Assembly (NCBI GenBank): GCA_043753995.1
Contig: JAYUVP010000183.1
Span: 1-50,287, forward strand
Source: Fibrobacterota bacterium
GTDB taxonomy: Bacteria > Fibrobacterota > Fibrobacteria > UBA11236
Length of the DNA: 50,287 nucleotides
Reading direction: 5' to 3'
Below, piece after piece: positions 47,166 to 50,287 of this stretch. The notes beneath the pieces were generated by a model. It had not been told where the DNA came from. It did no database searches and saw only the letters and a program-made list of their open reading frames with translations. The translations under genes were made by a program, and so were the position numbers. How positions within the stretch are numbered: position 1 is the first letter of the stretch; each line of letters begins with the position of its first letter.

Positions 47166-47205
47166 TCCGAAAGCATCATCCGCGAAGCGGATATGCTTTT
47201 CCGGA
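47166..47205 (+). promoter_or_regulatory. Strong hairpin in the terC leader (possible expression platform or attenuator)
   Basis: AAAGCAT-c-ATCCGC-GAA-GCGGAT-ATGCTTT followed by T, between the aptamer remnant and the GAGGGAG RBS. Confidence 0.5.
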
Positions 47206-47228
47206 GAAGCACCGAGGGAGTCTTGCAA

Positions 47229-47639
47229 ATGGACATGACCTGGATTTGGATTGCATTCAACGTTTTCATTCTCGCCATGTTGGCCTTGGATCTCGGGGCT
47301 TTTCTCGTCTTCGCAGGACTGAAAATGCTATTCGCCAAGGAGAAGGAATACCATCCTGAAGGCAGCTTTTTCTATCGGCAATTTCAGCGCATTTCGCCGG
47401 TGACCAAGCACTTTGACAATGACCGGTTTTTCGTGCGGCGCGAAGGCATTTTCATGGCCACGCCTTTGTTCATGGTCTTGGTTCTTATCGAGGCCACCGA
47501 CCTTGTCTTCGCCGTCGATTCCATTCCCGCCATTTTCGGTGTCACCACCGATTCCTTTTTAGTCTATGCCTCTAAAGGCAGGCCTCACTTTAGACGTGAA
47601 GGACGAAGTAAGCCCTTAAATAGGGCCACCCATTTATAG
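47229..47639 (+). pseudogene. terC: TerC/Alx family Mn/metal exporter pseudogene (internal in-frame deletion and 3' truncation)
   Basis: The TerC N-terminus WIAFNVFILAMLALDLG joins directly to the mid-protein AFLVFAGLKML. ATPLF...IEATDLVFAVDSIPAIF...FLVYAS is present, then similarity stops and a non-homologous tail follows. Confidence 0.85.
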
Positions 47640-47682
47640 GTCGCAAGTGGTGAGAAAAATTGCTTGGTAAGGTCGCAGTTCT

Positions 47683-47720
47683 AAACTCAAAAGGTGCGCA
47701 TCCCGAAAGAGATGCGCACC
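47683..47720 (-). terminator. Rho-independent terminator
   Basis: The minus strand reads GGTGCGCATC-tctttcgg-GATGCGCACC then TTTTGAGTTT, 10 nt after the stop at 47731. Confidence 0.85.
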
Positions 47721-47730
47721 GATAGAAATA

Positions 47731-50040
47731 TTACAGTCCAGCAGCCATGGATACGCTGCCCTTGATCAAATCACCCTTCACACCGCGATAGAGGTAGAGG
47801 TAAACGGGAGCCTTGAGGCCTTCGGCCTTGGGCTGGGACCATTTGCCTTGAGCTGCATCATAGCTTGACTGAAAGGCCAATTGGCCATTGGGTTCAAATA
47901 AGGAAAGGACACCCGAACCCAATTGTTGGTTGCTATGAATGGTGAAACCCTGGCCCTGCACCATGAATTGCAAATCGCTGCGGGGCTGGGCGATTTTCGA
48001 GGGCATGGGAGCCTTCACGGCAACAACTGCGGGGCCACAGGGTTTGGTCGCAGCCGAGGTAAGAGTCGAAGCGGTAAAGGCTGTGGTGGCATAGCTGTCT
48101 ACGTTCGCATAGGTTGACCACATCGCAGTCGCATTGGCTGGCTTGCTCGAAATTTCTGCCCAAGCCACCATGGCTTGCAAGCGAACATGGCCATGATCGT
48201 CATTGACCGCGCAAGCATCGCTAATCGATTGAGCGCTAGCTGCCGAACGGGGCATGGCTTTGAGCACATTCATTCGCACAGCCCAGGCAGGATGGATTAG
48301 CAGGCCCTTCAAGATGGGATCCCATTTGGTTGGATTGCCCGATGCTTCGAATTGACCCAATCCCTGCAAGGTCCAAATGGCATGAGTTACTGCGGGGTCA
48401 TTGCCCACATCGTCGACATAACGGCTCTTAGTCAAGATGTCTTCGAGCAGGGTTCCCATTTCGGCAGTAAAACCTTTGGCGATGAGCAATCTTTGGGCCT
48501 GCAATCTCCATAGGAAATTTTGATTGCTCAGAGTGGCGACAAGCTGGGGCACGGTGGCCGTGGTCAGATTGAGAATGGGCTCACGCGTGTCATTTTCAGG
48601 CGTAACGCGGTAAATGCGATAGCTGTTTTTCACACGCAGCTTATTGTTCCAAGCATTTCCAGCGCCAGCGGGTTGGGCAGGATTATGCAAAAAGAGATAG
48701 TTGTTCCAATCCATCACCCAAACCGCTCCATCGGGACCCGTTTTTGCCAAAACTGGTGCAAACCAAGCATCGGTGGAAGCGATGATATTGGAACGTTCAG
48801 GACCGGGCATGCGTACGGCTTTCCAAGTACTTCCCGTATTGGTTCCATTGGTGGAAACAACCATGCTGTCTTGATTGCAAAGCTTGCTGGCTCCTTCACA
48901 GGTGAAGGCAAAACGGTTCCAGTATTTCTTGGGAAATAGCCGCGAAGTATAAAACTGTAGGCCTGAAATAGCTGAAGTGCTGGAGACAGTCCAATTTCCT
49001 GATTTCTGGGTTGTCGAGCCTTCCCACAAATAACGATCGTTGGTGATTGGATATAATTTATCCCTATTACCACTGGTAACCGGGTCATTACGAATATCTA
49101 TAGCCGCCTGACCACGGCGTAAGGAGTGGTTTATATGCGGAGTGCCCGTGGCACCGGATTGAAAAATTTGTCCATCTTCCATTTGGCCTACGCCCCAAGC
49201 GTTGTATGGTCCAGAACTGGTGAATTGTTGAAAGGTTTTGGCACCATTTCCAATGGAAGGATGCTTAAAGCGCCAGACCTTGCCTTGCGAACAATTCACT
49301 CCATCGACCGTGCAGGTATTATACCCCGTATGCCCATACACCCAATTATCGAGGCCATACATGAGGCTACCAATGCTTCCATGGGTATCGTGATTGCCAT
49401 TGCCGCCGCCCAAGCCCGTAAACAAAATTTGAGGGGTGCCAGCGACATCGTTGTTATTGGGGAAAAAAACCACATAGGGCACCATGGTCACAACCACACC
49501 ACCCGTCACCACTTCAATACTCTGCGGTAAATTGAGACCGGTTTTAAAAACCGTCACCTTGTCCATGACACGGTCGCCATCTGTGTCTTCTAGGATCAGG
49601 ATGCGATCCTGGCCACCCACAAATTTATCATCGGTGACGGTTCCTGAAGCTGTGCGAATGATATTCGGATAGCTGCGTGGTTCGACCAGCCACAAGCGAC
49701 CACGTTCGTCGAAGGAGAAATGCTGAGCGTAGGCTATGGGTGTGGTAAGCCCTGCGGTGATTTTCTCCGTGGCCCAAACTTCCGCTTTGAGACCGGCAGG
49801 AGTTTGAATGCAATGAATGGATTCCTCGGGCGTGATTTGCTTTTGAATGGTTCCCGTGGGATAGGTAGAAGGGGGATTGGGTTTTACTGGGAATCCGGCC
49901 CAATTATCCCCTGGATCAGCAAGTTCTCGCAGCTTAGTCAGGTCTGGGCATGTTCCACCTCGGTTGACAAGGGGAGTAGCGCTGTAACCCATGGTCCAGG
50001 TCATGCAAAGAGTGAGTGCAATCTTAAGGTGGTTATTCAT
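47731..50040 (-). CDS. Secreted PVC-type 'membrane-bound dehydrogenase' beta-propeller plus HEAT-repeat protein, lacking the CxxCH cytochrome and carrying a T9SS-like C-terminal domain
   Basis: Signal peptide; FDERGRLW...YP, DRILILEDTDGD..DK..VF, DTHG...YGLDNWVYG..GY, NAWG, F.PV....GPDGAVWVMDW and W.RLQAQRLL. No CxxCH. AGAGGA RBS before ATG 50040. Confidence 0.85.
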   Translation of the reverse strand: MNNHLKIALTLCMTWTMGYSATPLVNRGGTCPDLTKLRELADPGDNWAGFPVKPNPPSTYPTGTIQKQITPEESIHCIQTPAGLKAEVWATEKITAGLTTPIAYAQHFSFDERGRLWLVEPRSYPNIIRTASGTVTDDKFVGGQDRILILEDTDGDRVMDKVTVFKTGLNLPQSIEVVTGGVVVTMVPYVVFFPNNNDVAGTPQILFTGLGGGNGNHDTHGSIGSLMYGLDNWVYGHTGYNTCTVDGVNCSQGKVWRFKHPSIGNGAKTFQQFTSSGPYNAWGVGQMEDGQIFQSGATGTPHINHSLRRGQAAIDIRNDPVTSGNRDKLYPITNDRYLWEGSTTQKSGNWTVSSTSAISGLQFYTSRLFPKKYWNRFAFTCEGASKLCNQDSMVVSTNGTNTGSTWKAVRMPGPERSNIIASTDAWFAPVLAKTGPDGAVWVMDWNNYLFLHNPAQPAGAGNAWNNKLRVKNSYRIYRVTPENDTREPILNLTTATVPQLVATLSNQNFLWRLQAQRLLIAKGFTAEMGTLLEDILTKSRYVDDVGNDPAVTHAIWTLQGLGQFEASGNPTKWDPILKGLLIHPAWAVRMNVLKAMPRSAASAQSISDACAVNDDHGHVRLQAMVAWAEISSKPANATAMWSTYANVDSYATTAFTASTLTSAATKPCGPAVVAVKAPMPSKIAQPRSDLQFMVQGQGFTIHSNQQLGSGVLSLFEPNGQLAFQSSYDAAQGKWSQPKAEGLKAPVYLYLYRGVKGDLIKGSVSMAAGL

Positions 50041-50139
50041 GTTTTTCCTCTGATCAGGGAATGTAAGGGTGGTCAAGATTTCCCGGTTGAGAAAAAGCCT
50101 GAGAATTTGACAAACCCACCCTGATTGACGCGCAATTTG

Positions 50140-50155
50140 AGCAAATAGCGTGCCT
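50140..50155 (-). promoter_or_regulatory. Sigma54 (-24/-12) promoter
   Basis: The minus strand reads AGGCAC-GCTAT-TTGCT, one mismatch from TGGCAC-N5-TTGCW, 100 nt upstream of ATG 50040. Confidence 0.7.
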
Positions 50156-50175
50156 TTACAAATTTTGGCTTAATC

Positions 50176-50193
50176 GAATGAATTGATTCATTC
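50176..50193. promoter_or_regulatory. Perfect inverted repeat, candidate transcription-factor operator
   Basis: GAATGAAT-TG-ATTCATTC, 20 nt upstream of the sigma54 -24 box. Confidence 0.55.
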
Positions 50194-50287
50194 TTTGGCC
50201 ATTCGCGGTCAGGTTACGAATAAAACACGCAAGTATACAGTGCAACTATACAGAGCTATCCATATCACTTTATTGCTGCTGAAAAGG

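Noticed and set aside
1..50287. CRISPR array, tRNA/rRNA, integrase or transposase
   Set aside because: No regularly spaced direct repeats, cloverleaf or rRNA signatures, or recombinase motifs were seen by eye; short or degenerate elements could have been missed.

Overview
Bacterial genomic window. The SLBB export protein, Wzi-like barrels, GH94 phosphorylase and a secreted protein with a T9SS-like C-terminal domain suggest a Fibrobacterota/FCB-type diderm; this is inference only. About 1-27 kb is a large Wzx/Wzy-dependent surface-polysaccharide locus, mostly on the minus strand, with many coupled start/stop overlaps. It holds five GT4 glycosyltransferases, Wzx, Wzy, Wzz, an SLBB exporter, two Wzi-like barrels, a DegT aminotransferase and WecA. 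It also has tailoring genes (deacetylase, AsnB amidotransferase, two SAM methyltransferases, a Fe(II)/2OG oxygenase) and is interrupted by two opposite-strand genes (a transglutaminase-like protein and an AAA/DUF4143 ATPase). WecA carries a C-terminal pseudo-receiver domain and is followed by a membrane-anchored pseudo-receiver gene. About 27-50 kb is a mixed accessory region: maltokinase; a hybrid histidine kinase divergent from an orphan Pyr4/PaxB-type membrane terpene cyclase; a PEP-CTERM protein; a SWIM-SNF2 ATPase; an SPFH plus NAD-kinase-like pair; a four-repeat secreted protein; a ferredoxin-MBL hydrolase; a GH94 phosphorylase; an M29-like peptidase; three tandem beta-barrel paralogues; a truncated yybP-ykoY riboswitch before a doubly deleted terC pseudogene; and a secreted PVC-type dehydrogenase-domain protein lacking its cytochrome, behind a sigma54-type promoter. 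No rRNA, tRNA, CRISPR array, integrase or transposase was seen. All family calls come from motif recognition by eye, not from database searches.
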